This document shows, piece by piece, positions 1 through 13,717 of a DNA stretch of 64,000 nt. Within the stretch, counting starts at the first letter, position 1; the number at the start of each line of letters is the position of its first letter. The notes below the pieces were generated by a model. It was given only the letters and a program-made list of their open reading frames with translations, searched no databases and was not told the origin of the DNA. The stretch is from positions 78,182,001-78,246,000 of the forward strand of contig OX597825.1 in NCBI GenBank assembly GCA_951406725.2, read 5' to 3'. This stretch comes from Octopus vulgaris (Eukaryota). The position numbers were made by a program, and so were the translations under genes.

Positions 1-539
1 CCATTCTCGCAGTTTTGGACGCATCCTAAACATCAACTAAAGTGACCAAGTCATGAACAGTAACTTAGTACAAGTTTCCCCAGAATATATGCTTCGTATC
101 TCAAGGAAGGGAATCAGAAAAGACCTACTTTACGTAACGGAAAGCAGTAAGTGACGGTAGGATTGACTTCCTTTTAGGGATGTCTTCAACTGTGCCATAT
201 GGAATCCTTGCATGTGGACGTGGGTGAGGTGGGCTGATATTGCAAGCAAATACTTTCTCAGCAGGACAAAAATTAGACAAGATTATAAAAAGGGAAAAGA
301 AAAGGCTAGGCTGAGGTTTGCTGCTGAAGGATAAAGCACATGACGAGAAAAGCAGAAGACGGACATTACTAAACGACAACACCTTCAAATACAGTTTCTA
401 AAGCCAAGACAATCATTCGCGTTTGTGATCAGCAAAAATACACGTTGCTATGCCAATACAAACTGAAGTAACACTTTCTAGGTGCAGATCAATGTTCTTC
501 CGAACTTAACAAATGTCACAGTACAATGTATGCATGTAT

Positions 540-580
<41 letters not shown>

Positions 581-705
581 ACATGTATATATACATAAAT
601 TTACATATATAGACATACATATACATATATATATATATATGCATGTACATATTTGTATATATATGTGTGTGTGTGTGAGTGAGTGTGTGCGTGTGTGTGT
701 ATGAA

Positions 706-783
<78 letters not shown>

Positions 784-909
784 CCAAATTATGCACACAA
801 ATACATATATTTAAATAGAATGTGTGTGCTTATACACATACGAATAGACATACATATATACACATACGTACATGTATATACGTACATACATATATATATA
901 CATATACAT

Positions 910-949
<40 letters not shown>

Positions 950-1321
950 TCATACACACACAGAGAAACACAGGCACGCACACACATCACCGTTACGTAG
1001 TATGTTCGATTTCTCCTCTTCACAAGAGCACGCGCGCACGAACACGCATACACACACTCAAACACATCTCACACACATATATACACACACATACACACAT
1101 ACATGCACAGACACTCACACATACACGCTCATGTTGAACCTGCAAGGAGGAGAAATGAAACTGCATACATAATGTGTGATTTCATATACACATAATTATA
1201 TACAAATATATGCATATATGTAAGCATATATATGTATGAGAACAGTGATATATACCTACATATATATATACATATATACATATGCATAAATAATGGTATA
1301 TATATATGCATATATATAGTG

Positions 1322-1352
<31 letters not shown>

Positions 1353-1589
1353 GCATACATATATATTATATACATACATGCATATATATATATATATACA
1401 TATATAAATATATGAACATATGTGCATATATATATGTATATATGTATATGTATTCATATACATAAACATATATATATATGTATATATATATATATATGTA
1501 TATATATATGTATATATATGTATATATATATATATATATATACATATGCATATATACATATATGCGCGTGTATATATATATATGCGCGT

Positions 1590-1637
<48 letters not shown>

Positions 1638-2144
1638 ATTATTTTTTCCATAACTGAGAAAAAAAGATCAGTTATGAATGCTAGCATGATTTCGTTTAAA
1701 AGGCCCAAAGGTATTGCGTAGAAAATGGGGGTACATTTAAGGGAATTTTGCGACAATTTTGCTGAGCTACATGTGACGGGGCCGAATAATTAGTCCAATC
1801 AACAATGGTAATAAGGAATGCAAAATATTCCTTGGGATACATAACCCTTCTTCTATATTGTGGCCAAGCATTATGTGCCCTGTTGATGGAACGTAAAGTA
1901 TTAATTAGCGTTTTATACAAGACTTTAAAATAATATTTTGAAATAGGGTTTGCACTGACGTATATGTATACAATACATAGATGTATGTAGGTGTGTGTGT
2001 GTATGTGTATGTGTGTGTGCACGTCAGAGTGTGTGTATGTGTGTGGAAACGGGGTTTGAGAGTATATATTTATGTACTAATGTATTGACATGTGTGTGTA
2101 TGCCTATATATACATATAATGTATACACATTTGCATATAAATTC

Positions 2145-2191
<47 letters not shown>

Positions 2192-2444
2192 CAAATATAT
2201 ATGTATTAATATACGTACATATCTATACATATATATGTGTGTGTATGTATGTGTATGTGTATGTATGTGTGTTTCAAATCTGAAGAGTCTACTAGAGATG
2301 ATGCAAGTGCTAATATATGATGTATAAAATCATGTGACATCATTTAAAAATCTGTAAATATAAAACCATCCAGATTTCTAAGTACCTTATTTCTTCTAAT
2401 ATATAATACCTGTACATCACCTCCAAACCTTCATTTATGTATAC

Positions 2445-2538
<94 letters not shown>

Positions 2539-2575
2539 CAATTTCGGAGGGTATAACTGGGAACTTATTTTAAGT

Positions 2576-2676
2576 TCCCTGATGAAGCTGTTATACATTG
2601 ATTAATTATTTAGTAACATAATTATATAATTATAAATGGATATGCTCTTGATAAATTGGCTGAAACGTGTGTCGGA
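2576..2676 (+). ncRNA. Type I hammerhead ribozyme motif (Penelope/retrozyme-like) with long stem II insert
   Basis: TCC-CTGATGA-AGCTG...(~65 nt AT-rich)...TGGCT-GAAAC-GTGT-GTC-GGA. All core nucleotides are present, with stem I TCC/GGA, stem II AGCTG/TGGCT, a minimal stem III closed by a tetraloop, and a GUC cleavage triplet. Confidence 0.6.
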
Positions 2677-2980
2677 TATTTTATTTAATTATTAATGTGT
2701 ATATTTTATGGAGTTTATAGATATAAGAAAGAATGAAATAATTAATAATATACCAATTTTCTATTGTTAACTCTGTCTTTTATACTCTGGACCTATGTCC
2801 ATCATGTTTTGAGACAAAAAAGATTGTTGGAAATATTATATGTTCTTCGGTCCTCTTTGAGACTTACCTTATATCTACCTGGACTTATCCCTCAACTTTC
2901 ATAAGTGTATATACATATATATGTGTGTGTTTGTGTGCGTGTGTGTCTGTGTGTGTGTATGCATGTATGTATGCTGGTAA

Positions 2981-3280
2981 ATAGGTAGGTAGATAGGTAG
3001 GTAGGTAGGTAGGTAGGTAGGTAGGTAGGTAGATAGGTAGGTAGGTAGGTAGGTAGGTAGGTAGGTAGGTAGGTAGGTAGGTAGGTAGGTAGGTAGGTAG
3101 GTAGATAGGTAGGTAGGTAGATAGGTAGGTAGGTAGGTAGGTAGGTAGGTAGGTATGTAGGTAGGTAGGTAGGTAGATAGGTAGGTAGGTAGATAGGTAG
3201 GTAGGTAGATAGGTAGGTAGGTAGGTAGGTAGGTAGGTAGGTAGGTAGGTAGGTAGGTAGGTAGGTAGGTAGGTAGGTAG
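2981..3280. repeat. (TAGG)n microsatellite
   Basis: Direct inspection. Confidence 0.95.
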
Positions 3281-3978
3281 AGTGCGGTTTCATTTTACTA
3301 TGAAAATCCTGACATCATGTATATTTGTGAGTTGTGTAAACATAGATAGATAGATAAACATAGGGAATTAGATAAGCATATATAAATATCACAGTATTAC
3401 AGTAATATATTCTATGTATATATAAATACAAATACTGATGCAGAATTATATATATATATATATACATATATGAAGAAATGAAAGGTTAAAAACAGCTAAA
3501 ATACAGAAAGCTTATAAAATAGGTGATGTCTTATATTCCAAATATAGTTTGTAATGAAATTCAAAAATGGTGTAAAATGAATTATCTCCCTGTAATGTAT
3601 AACAACGTAATCATTGAAGAAGAAAAGTTTTGTCTTCGAAATTGGCAAAATGATTAATAGTGTCGCAGAGACTCTTAAATGGAAGAAGGAATAACATACC
3701 AGTTATTTCAATAATTGGGTAGTCTTTGTCATTTTTTTGTTTTGTTTTTTGTGGATGGGCGATTAACTTCATTTTTTATAGTCTTTTTTATTTTATGATC
3801 GTAAAATAAAATTTTTATTGTTTTCCGTTCTCATTTTTTTTTTTTTTTTTTTCATAATTAGAAGAGTGAAGAATATGTTTAAAGACAACGGCTGAAATCT
3901 GCCTAATATGCAATATTCTTCAATAATCTTAAATATTCTTTGGAGGTGTTTGAGATCGATTTTCTTTTCTCTCTCTCT

Positions 3979-4036
<58 letters not shown>

Positions 4037-4776
4037 TATTCTTTTTTGGCGAGAGTCACATTTTCATTTGTTTTCGGTGTGGGTTGTAATTCTTGTAAAA
4101 TTTTATAACAAATCTCTAAATGCTTTTTTTTTATACATTTTTTATATACATTTTATTTTTATAATATATTTAAATTACGCTTAAGCTACGAAATTTCAAA
4201 CATATAAAGACAAAATTAAAATGACATCTCGTTTAAAAGTCAGACAAAACAACAACAACTTGGAAATCTAACAGATAATTATTTACAGGTAGTTTTTTGC
4301 AGACAACGGTGAAGAGATATTGGTTGGCACATAAAATATCTTTAATCTCTAAATCCTAAAAATTTTCTTGAATACTTCTGAGGAATATTTTTCATGAATG
4401 AAGCAATAAAATGAGAATTTCGTTTATATACAAAAGTGTTCGCCAGCGTTAGACGAAGAATCTAATGTCGCCATGATTTGTTTGTTCTAACCTGTCGAAT
4501 ATTCTAAATACTAATTGTTAATATATACAGGTGTGCCACGAGCTGGTTGTGTCTAGCACTAGATAAGACCCATACACTTCATCAGACTTGAAGGAGAGCA
4601 CAGAGAGTGGTAGAGTTCACTTTGTTGTAATAGGGACCATAAGATAATGCAGTAACAGGGTGTTGTGATGTAGACGGAAGGAGCGCTATGGCACTAACTA
4701 TCGTTTCATGAATTGCAGTGCCATGTTCGCCCCTCACATCAGGCTAGCTTTGACAGCCCAGCGTTTTTTGCATCTG

Positions 4777-4872
4777 GAAGAAGAAGAAGAAGAAGAAGAA
4801 GAAGAAGAAGAAGAAGAAGAAGAAGAAGAAGAAGAAGAAGAAGAAGAAGAAGAAGAAGAAGAAGAAGAAGAA
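4777..4872. repeat. Pure (GAA)n microsatellite, about 32 units
   Basis: Direct inspection. Confidence 0.95.
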
Positions 4873-6615
4873 TATGCAAGCCCTTACTGTGTACCCTGCC
4901 TAGTCGCTGATGAAGGAGGTTAAGTTTGGGCCTTATCTGGTTGATTTAACAGGCGAAAATCTCAGAGCTTTTAAATGACTTGTAAATGAATGAGTAATAT
5001 ATCCTACAAAACTGATTTTGAAAATCTAAGTTTGAACGTTAAAGATATTTAGTTATTTATGGGGTGAGCGGTGTACCTTGCTTAAATGGTTTTGGAAACG
5101 TGAGGAATGGGTCCTCTTGGCAATGTTGCCAGAGAATCAAAGAACATACAGTATACTGACAAAAATCACCAAATACTACCAAATGATAAAGGTATACATT
5201 GTTACTATACTATAGTCGCTATGTTACTGTTGCTATGCTACAGTTGCTATGTTACTGTTGCTATGTTACTGCTTTTATCGCTGTTTTTAATTCTTGTTAT
5301 ATTTTTATTATTATTTCTTTCTTCTTTCCTATTTTATTATTTTTTTATCATTTTTTTTTTCTTTTGCACTTCGATGCCGAAATATCTTTTTATGTTTCAT
5401 TTATACAATATATCAATAAATTACATATTAAATAAATCAATTATAAATAAATTAAACAATACGTTATTCTAAGAAATTGCCATAAAATTGTCATTAAAGT
5501 ATAAAATATTTGATAGTTTTTTTTTAAAGCATTTATTTATTTTTATTTATTTTTTATTTTTTTTCAAAACAAAATATTCAGGATTCGGAATAAATTTGGA
5601 ATGAAATGTTAAAAGACATTGTAATTTGTTGTTATTTTTTAATTTTCTATATTTCTTTAAAATTTGTTATTTTTGCTCCATTTCAGTCCAAACCATACAT
5701 TAAACTATTAACTCTGTTACAATGTGTTTGTTAGTAAGTGATGGTATGTGTTTCATTCTTTAGTTTTAGTTCAAATATAGTCAAGAATATTCTCTTTTAA
5801 ATGTGGATATTTCCATTATTTTTGTTCTTTTATTTGTTCATTTTTATCGTTTGTTATTTTTTTTTACCGTCATTTTTGTTTTACATTTATTATTTTTTTA
5901 AATATTTTATTTTCCATGTTTTTAAAAAACCCTTTTGGCTTATTCGAAAAGAAATAAGTTAATGTCAAAAAAATGAGCTCAAAAAAATTAATAAATTAAT
6001 AAATAATTAATAAATGAAGAGGGATTTTTTAAAATAATTTTATATATCGAAGAAAACATAGAGGTGCAAATATACTGCGTGGTTAAGAAGTTCACTTTTC
6101 AACCACGTTGTTCCGGGTTCAGTCCTACTGCGCGGCACCTTAAACAAGTGATTTTACTATGGCCCCGGACCGATCAATGCCTTCTATGTGAATTTGGTTG
6201 AGAGAAACTGTGTGGAAGCCCGCTGTATATATGTGTGTGTGGTTGTGTCTGTGTGCTAGTGTCTGCGTTTGTACCCACACCCTTGATTGACAAATAGTGT
6301 TGGTTTGTTTACGTCCCTATAACTAGCCATTCGGCAAAAATCGGGGCCGGTTGAATAAGCGCTAGGCTTAAAACAAAAAAAGAACAAAACAAAAAGAACT
6401 AAGTACTGGTGTTGATTTGCTCGACTAAAACCCTTCAGGGCAATGCCACAGCATGGCCGGAATCCAGTGACTGCAACAAGTAAAAGATAAAATATAGAAA
6501 AAGAGAAAAACAAAGGGAAACAAAAGATGTGAAGGGAATGTAGAAAGAAAAATGGTGGCTGTATTTGTGTAATTGACAGATGGGAACAAACACAAAGTAT
6601 CATGTGATATGAAAA

Positions 6616-7014
6616 GGCGCAGGCATGGCGGTGTGGTAAGAAGCGGTGAGTTGGCAGAAACGTTAGCACGCCGGGCGAAATGCGTAGCCGTATTTCGTCT
6701 GCCGTTACGTTCTAAGTTCAAATTCCACCGAGGTCGACTTTGCATTTCATCCTTTCGGGGTCGATAAATTAAGTACCAGTTACGCACTGGGATCGATGTA
6801 ATCGACTTAATCCCTTTGTCTGTCCTTGTTTGTCCCCTCTGTGTTTAGCCCCTTGTGGGCAATAAAGAAATAAGAAGCTTGCTTAACAGCCATATGACTC
6901 CGGGTTCAGTCCCACTGCATGGCACCTTGGGCGCGTGTCTTCTACTATAGCCTCGGGCCGACCAAACACTTGTGAGTGGTTTTGGTAGACAGAAACTGAA
7001 AGAGGCTTGTCGTG

Positions 7015-7080
<66 letters not shown>

Positions 7081-7290
7081 TGTTTGTCCCTCCCTCCACT
7101 ATCCATTGAAAGCGATGTTGGTGCATTTACGTCTCTGTAACTTAACGGTTCGGGAAAAGAGACCGAAAGAATAAGTATTAGTTTATAAAGAATAAGTCCC
7201 TGGATCGATTTCTTCGACTAGAAAACACTTTAAGGCGGTGCTCTAGTATGGCAGCAATCAAATGACTAAAACAAGTAAAAGAGTAAAACT
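6616..7290 (+). mobile_element. SINE A interrupted by nested SINE B (6644-6870)
   Basis: The SINE A head breaks at taagaag (6637-6643) and resumes after a second taagaag (6871-6877), consistent with a target-site duplication. Another diverged A copy lies at about 6062-6490. Confidence 0.85.
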
Positions 7291-8069
7291 GTAAAGCTAC
7301 TACAATACGTTTCTTCCGGTTTTCTACCATCAAATATTCTTCCAGGCCGAACGCTTCCCTTGTTTCCAACCAGCATTTCCGTCTCTTAAGTCACCACCCA
7401 AAACATATTAATAACCGTTTCAAATTTTAACACAAGCCCACCCCCGCCACCAGTACTCAACTGGTACATATTTTTATTGGCCCTCGAAAGTATGAAATAT
7501 AATGTATGCAAAGTCGACCTTGGCGGAATTTGAACTCAGAACGTAAAGATCTAGACAAAATGCAGCTAAAAAACTTTCCGGCGCAGCAGCGATTCTGCTG
7601 GTTCGCTTCCTTCTCGGTAAGAATGATAACGCAAAGTAGATTTAGACCATGTATTACGATTTCAAATTTAATAAGGTTTTCTGACAAAGGAAGTGCTCAA
7701 ATTTAGGGGTAAATGTAGAGCAGAGATTATATATCGACCTCAGTAAATTGCTGGGTATATATTTTATCGGACCCTGGAAAGATGGGGAGTAAATTGGACA
7801 CCGACAGCATATAAAGGTTTTGGGATGAAGATTAATGCGACAAAGAATTCTATTTGATCGCAGATTACCATTAGTACTTTATCGATCCTTCAATGGATGA
7901 TATAACAGTCCGCAATACTCACAAACATATATAGACATATATGAGTGTGTGCGCGTGTGTGTGTGTGTGTATGTGTGCGTTTATAAATATATGCATATGT
8001 ATATAAATATATACATATACACATATATATGTGCATGTGTATAAATATACGCATATATATATATATATA

Positions 8070-8298
8070 TTTCTTTATGGCCCACAGTGGGCTAAACATA
8101 GAGGGAACCAACAAGGACAGACAAAGGGATTAAGTCGATTACATCGACCCCAGTGCGTAACTGGTACTTATTTAACAGACCCCGAAAGGATGAAAGGGTT
8201 AGTCGACCTCAGCGGAATTTGAACTCAGAACGTAGCGGCAGACGAAATACCGCTAAGCATTTCGCCCGGCGTGCTAACGATTCTGCCAGTTCGCCGCC
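8070..8298 (-). mobile_element. SINE family B (tRNA-derived; central domain resembling the MetaSINE domain)
   Basis: Minus strand ggcggcgaactggcagaatcgttagcacgccgggcgaaatg...gagttcaaattcc...ctttcatcctttcggggtc...taagtaccag. Further copies at about 6644, 7410, 17409, 19760, 27430-28155, 32189, 51258 and 53888-54868. Confidence 0.88.
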
Positions 8299-8309
8299 CT
8301 ATATATATA

Positions 8310-8344
<35 letters not shown>

Positions 8345-8489
8345 CTGTGTGTGTGTGTATACATATATATATGTATATATATATGTGTATGTGAATGAGT
8401 GTGTGTGTGTGTGTGTGTGTGTACTGCTGGATAGCTTTATAGTTATTACCAGTACCATCATTATCATCACCATCATCATCATTTATTAC

Positions 8490-8541
<52 letters not shown>

Positions 8542-8694
8542 TTATAGGTATTGAATTTATGAATGACGTCAGTTTTGGGAGCTCGAGAATTTCACAGTAA
8601 GTATTGAATTACTTCACAAACTGATATTTCACCTTTGTGTGTATACGTGTGTGTGTGTGCGTGTGTTTTTGTGTGTGTGTGTGTGTTTGTGTGT

Positions 8695-8747
<53 letters not shown>

Positions 8748-9064
8748 CACGCTCACACGCGATGTTTTTCGTGAGGGCCGTTGCGTACAGGAATGAAAGA
8801 AAAGTCTTCATTATTTTCTAGGTTTTCAATTTTTTACCGTCAGACAAATTTTTAGTAATGTTTGTATACATAGCATCCACCAAGGTGGAGGAAGCAGGAG
8901 GTTCTCTCACAGAAATGGTATTAACATTTACGCCATATTAAAGAAAGCAACATTTATGCCAAAAAGAAAATTCTTGCAGTAATAAAAAGAAAAGAGTTTC
9001 GTGGCAAAAATAGACATTTGCATTCTGATGCATGTAGCGACAATTAGAATTTTATAAACAGTTT

Positions 9065-9305
9065 TGCTAGCATAGCCAGCCGGAAAGAGCAGCTGGACAT
9101 GAGATCATGAAAAATATATAACGGGAGAGGATGAAATATCCAGTGATCTGAACACACGAATACACAGGTAACAAGAGACCGAGAAGAGAAATGTTGATCA
9201 ACATGTGTAGGACTCTGGATATCAGATTGAAAATATGAAGACGGTTATGCAAGAACGGGACACTTGGCGTAGAATAGTTGCATTAGTGCTGGCAAGTTAC
9301 CCGAC

Positions 9306-9310
<5 letters not shown>
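9065..9310 (+). mobile_element. Degenerate RTE/RTEX-like LINE 3' end seeding a (TGGA)n/(GATA)n array
   Basis: VDQH..DSGYQIENMKTVMQERDTWRRIV resembles the RTE C-terminal M.DR..WR..V motif. Confidence 0.55.
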
Positions 9311-9705
<395 letters not shown>

Positions 9706-10692
9706 GGGAGAGGCATGTTACATGCGATAGTGCCGCTTTGTTTGTGTAATACTTATCAAGAAACAGGCCAATCGGAAAGTAGGGTGCCCACATTCCCCTG
9801 CCTTGGCAACATTAACACGAGGTTTTTATGAAACCACTAAAGTACAGTCGGAAGAATTTGCGGCCTGTATTTTGAACTTTATTTTCCATTGAGCGGAATA
9901 AGCCATATGGAATTATTGTCTTGTCTTTTAATACTGAGGCCGAGATGAAGTGAAAGATTGTTGTTGTTGTTGTTGTTAGTAGTAGTAGTGGTAGTGGTGG
10001 TGGTGGTGGTGGTAGTAGTGGTGGGGGTCTTTTTGTTGATGGCCATGATGATGATGATGATGATGATGTTGCGGTTGCTGTCGTTATTGTATTTTAATTC
10101 ATTAAAAAAACATTGCATTGAGAGAATCATTAAAGTGCCGAACAAAATGCTTTGCAGTATTTAATTGCAACTCTCAACGTTTCGAGTTCAAATCCGACCG
10201 AGCTCAACTTTACTTCAGTTTTCATTCCTCTTCAAATTGGGTGGGTGTCAAAGAAATAATGTAGTAGTTCAATTTCTAGGAAACCATTTAATAGTCAGCC
10301 GATTTATCCCATCATGCAACGGGCTAGCTTAGTAGCGGAAGTCACTCTGCCACTATGGGACTCAAGTGACATGTATTGGAATAAATACATTGCAATCACA
10401 TCAATATTTTCCGTTGGTCACACATCTATTGTTAACACACACACACTAGCACAGACAAAGCATAGACACCCTATCACTTGCGCAAACATGCATATACATA
10501 CATATTTAACTCTACAGCTGTTTCGGGGAGCTTGGAATTACATGATAGTTGTAATGTTCATAATTAGCAGACAGAATGTGCAAAAAAATCATGGATATGT
10601 GCAACCAATAGATGGATCCATTGAAACATGACCGCAACACCGGCCCCCTTTCATCTGCTAATTATGCGCTTATACATACATACATACATACA

Positions 10693-10726
<34 letters not shown>

Positions 10727-11308
10727 CATACACATACATATATACATACATACATTCATTCATTCATACATACATACATACATACATACATACATACATA
10801 CATACATACATACATACATACATACATAGATACATTTTCTTTCTTTAAAGCGAACCCTATTAAAAATATTAACACAAAAGAAAAAGAAAATATTTTAATT
10901 TATCAACTAGCAGCAATAAAATCACAGAGTTTGCCCCCAAAATGATAATCTTCCCAGCTGCCTATAAAATATTATGGCTGACGGCAATCTGTCTCTATAT
11001 GGAACTTCATACACAACAAAAATTTCAAGGTTTTGTTGTTGTTCTTCTTCTTCATTTTCTTCTTCATCTTCTTTCTTTCTTCCTGTTTTTCTTTTCCTGT
11101 CTGAAGTTTATTTGGCTGAGGAATAATAATTCAAAGAAAATAAGATCAAGATTTTCGATGAGAATTTACATTCGCCATTTTGCTAACGCAAATCTTTGTT
11201 GTTGGTTTTTTTTTTTTTGTTTTTTCATTTCCTTTTTATTTATTTATTTTTTGTTCTCTTTCTTTTAAAGGAGAGAGATAAATCTTCGAAGTTTAGTATC
11301 ACGTGTAG

Positions 11309-11482
11309 TTAATAGGTACAACTGGTGTTCTCGAAGTCTATGGGCTGTAAAGCCACCTTTGTGTCGTAATGAGCTGGGGCTGACAAGAAACAACCTATTG
11401 TGCCAACCGTGACTGCTAGGCTGAATAAATAGAGAAGTACTCGATCAACGACCATCGCTACATAGGCCCAATCACGGACAAC
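11309..11482 (-). CDS. nAChR alpha-type subunit, last coding exon (M4 and C-terminus)
   Basis: atttccag|GTT GTC CGT GAT TGG = VVRDWAYVAMVVDRVLLYLF...ENTSCTY*. Carries the typical DW.YVAMV.DR motif; phase 0 matches the upstream donor. Confidence 0.95.
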   Translation of the reverse strand, partial: VVRDWAYVAMVVDRVLLYLFSLAVTVGTIGCFLSAPAHYDTKVALQPIDFENTSCTY

Positions 11483-11648
11483 CTGGAAATATACGAGAGA
11501 AGACATGTCAGTAATTGTGAACATAACAGAACGTAGGAATTAAACAACAACAACAACAACTATAATAATGCTTTCTACTAATGGCACAAGGCCTGAAATT
11601 TTGGAAGAGGGGACTAGTCGATTACATCGACCCCAGTATTTAACTGAC

Positions 11649-11737
<89 letters not shown>

Positions 11738-11797
11738 ATGTATATATATATATATATACACGTATATATATACACGTATATATATATATGTATATAC

Positions 11798-11882
<85 letters not shown>

Positions 11883-11886
<4 letters not shown>

Positions 11887-12085
11887 ATCCAAACAAGAAA
11901 ACACAAAAAAAAACACAACAACGCAAGGACGTGGAACAAATATAGTATTATTGGACGCTCAGAAAAGAAGGGAAGAAGGAGGGTTTAACGTTTCGAGCGG
12001 AGCTCTTCGTCGGAAACATAGGAGAAGGAAAGATCCCGAGAAGGGAAGACAGAGGGAAAAAGAGAGAGAGGGAGAGAGAGAGACT
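11883..12085 (-). mobile_element. Penelope-like remnant with hammerhead-like motif, next to (TA)n
   Basis: Minus strand GTTT-CCGACGA-A-GAGC-TCC-GCTC-GAAA-CG-TT-AAAC at 11983-12017; related to the copies at 15822, 33747, 43488 and 44137. Confidence 0.55.
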
Positions 12086-12540
12086 GGCACTTCGTCGCAT
12101 GCGACGACGGATGTTCCTGTTGATCCGATAAACGGAACAGCTTGCCCACGAAATTAACGTACAAGTGGGTGAGTATTCCACAGATGCACGTACCCTTAAC
12201 GTGGTTTTCTGGGAGATTCAGTGTTACGCAGAATGGGACAATACTGACCGTTTGAAATATAGGTACAGCTCATATCGTGTCCTTGAGCAAAACACTTTAT
12301 TTCACGTTGCTCCAGTCCGCTCAGCTACCAAAACAGCCTTCTCACTTCTTGTGTCATGCTGAGTCTCTCTGAAAACTACGTTGAGGGTACGTGTGTTTGT
12401 TGAACGCTCAACCACCTGGACGTTAATTTCATGAGCAGGCTGTTCCATTTATCGAACCAACCGGAAAGCTCGTTTTCGTTGCCGACAAAGAGCCAGGCCA
12501 AACCACTGTGTTATAATTGATCATTGCAGGTAAAGAGAGG

Positions 12541-12948
12541 AGGCGCAGGAGTGGCTGTGTGGTAAGTAGCTTGTTTACCAACCACATTGTTCCGGGTTCA
12601 GTCCCACTGCGTGGCACCTTGGGCAAGTGTCTTCTACTATAGCCTCGGGCCGACCAAAGCCTTGTGAGTGGATTTGATAGACGGAAACTGAAAGAATCCC
12701 GTCGTATATATGTATATATATATATATGCGTGTGTGTGTTTGTGTGTCTGTGTTTGTCCCCCAAGCATTGCTTGACAACTGATGCTGGTGTGTTTATGTC
12801 CCCGTCACTTAGCGGTTCGGCAAAAGAGACCGATAGAATAAGTACTGGGCTTACAAAGAATAAGTCCCGGGGTTGATTTGCTCGACTAAAGGCGGTGCTC
12901 CAGCATGGCCGCAGTCAAATGACTGAAACAAGTAAAAGAGTAAAAGGG
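12541..12948 (+). mobile_element. SINE family A (tRNA-derived, internal TA/TG microsatellite), full length
   Basis: Head ggcgcaggagtggctgtgtggtaag...ggttcagtccc (A/B boxes), body gccttgtgagtggatttg, tail ggcggtgctccagcatggccgcagtcaaatgactgaaacaagtaaaaga. About 20 copies or fragments occur in the window. Confidence 0.9.
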
Positions 12949-13038
12949 TAAACCGCTTTGTGGTTGTTCGATTTGTTAGGAATGATAAATAAAATTTCTT
13001 CAAATCTATCTCTACCATCTCTAGAAAATAATGGAACA

Positions 13039-13593
13039 TTTATAATAATAAAAGCGAAATTCTGTCTGTTCGTCCGAGACTCTTGCATCTCGATCTACAT
13101 TTGCTCTATATAGACATATTATACCTTTTTGGAATCAGAATGATCCCGGGATTGAAAATATGCCCTTCATTTTGTTCTTGAGCATCCAGCATTGGGATCT
13201 GATTTAAAAGCACTTGGGTTGCTATTTGTAGCAGGTGAAGCTTGGCTGATTCACGCCATCTTGGTTGACGTTTGTCAGATGACGTCAGAGATCAAGGGGG
13301 AGATAAATGACATTGGCTTCGTTAATTTTACGTCGGGATAAGAACTCTGAGACAAATTGGTCAACAGTTGGGATTCAACCTGGGACTGAAACAATAGAAT
13401 GGTTGCATTACAGAATCGATTCTCATCCGTCCTTAACCTCTGATCAAACACCACCGGGGCATACGGTCACCATAAACGTATCATAGTTTGGGGGACGCCA
13501 TAAACGTATCATAGTTTGGGGGACGCAGGATCAATTAGCCTACAGCAGGAACTATCTCTAAAAGTCTGCACGGAGTGGCGGCTTTTAAGCTAG
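13039..13593 (+). mobile_element. Helitron-like non-autonomous element in last nAChR intron
   Basis: Starts tataataataaaag...tctgtctgttcgtcc and ends with a GC-rich subterminal stretch and CTAG followed by T. Contains a perfect 28-bp tandem duplication at 13471-13526. Confidence 0.5.
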
Positions 13594-13717
13594 TTTGATA
13601 ATAATGTCGTATACGTAATACATTTAAATATAGAATCAGGACATCTGGATCAAGATTATCCTGAGACTAAACAACACCAACAACATATAATCAGCCACTA
13701 ATGAATTATCAACTTAC

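Noticed and set aside
1-420. Possible decayed R4-like LINE (DLLYV..RK..GLTSF)
   Set aside because: It requires multiple frameshifts and the similarity is too weak to call by eye.
2981-3280. (TAGG)n as a telomeric or G-quadruplex element
   Set aside because: It is not TTAGGG/TTAGG and has only GG runs; it is an ordinary tetranucleotide microsatellite.
13471-13526. 28-bp direct repeat (also the 21-bp duplication at about 22507-22549) as CRISPR-like
   Set aside because: Two adjacent copies without spacers in eukaryotic DNA indicate simple slippage duplication.
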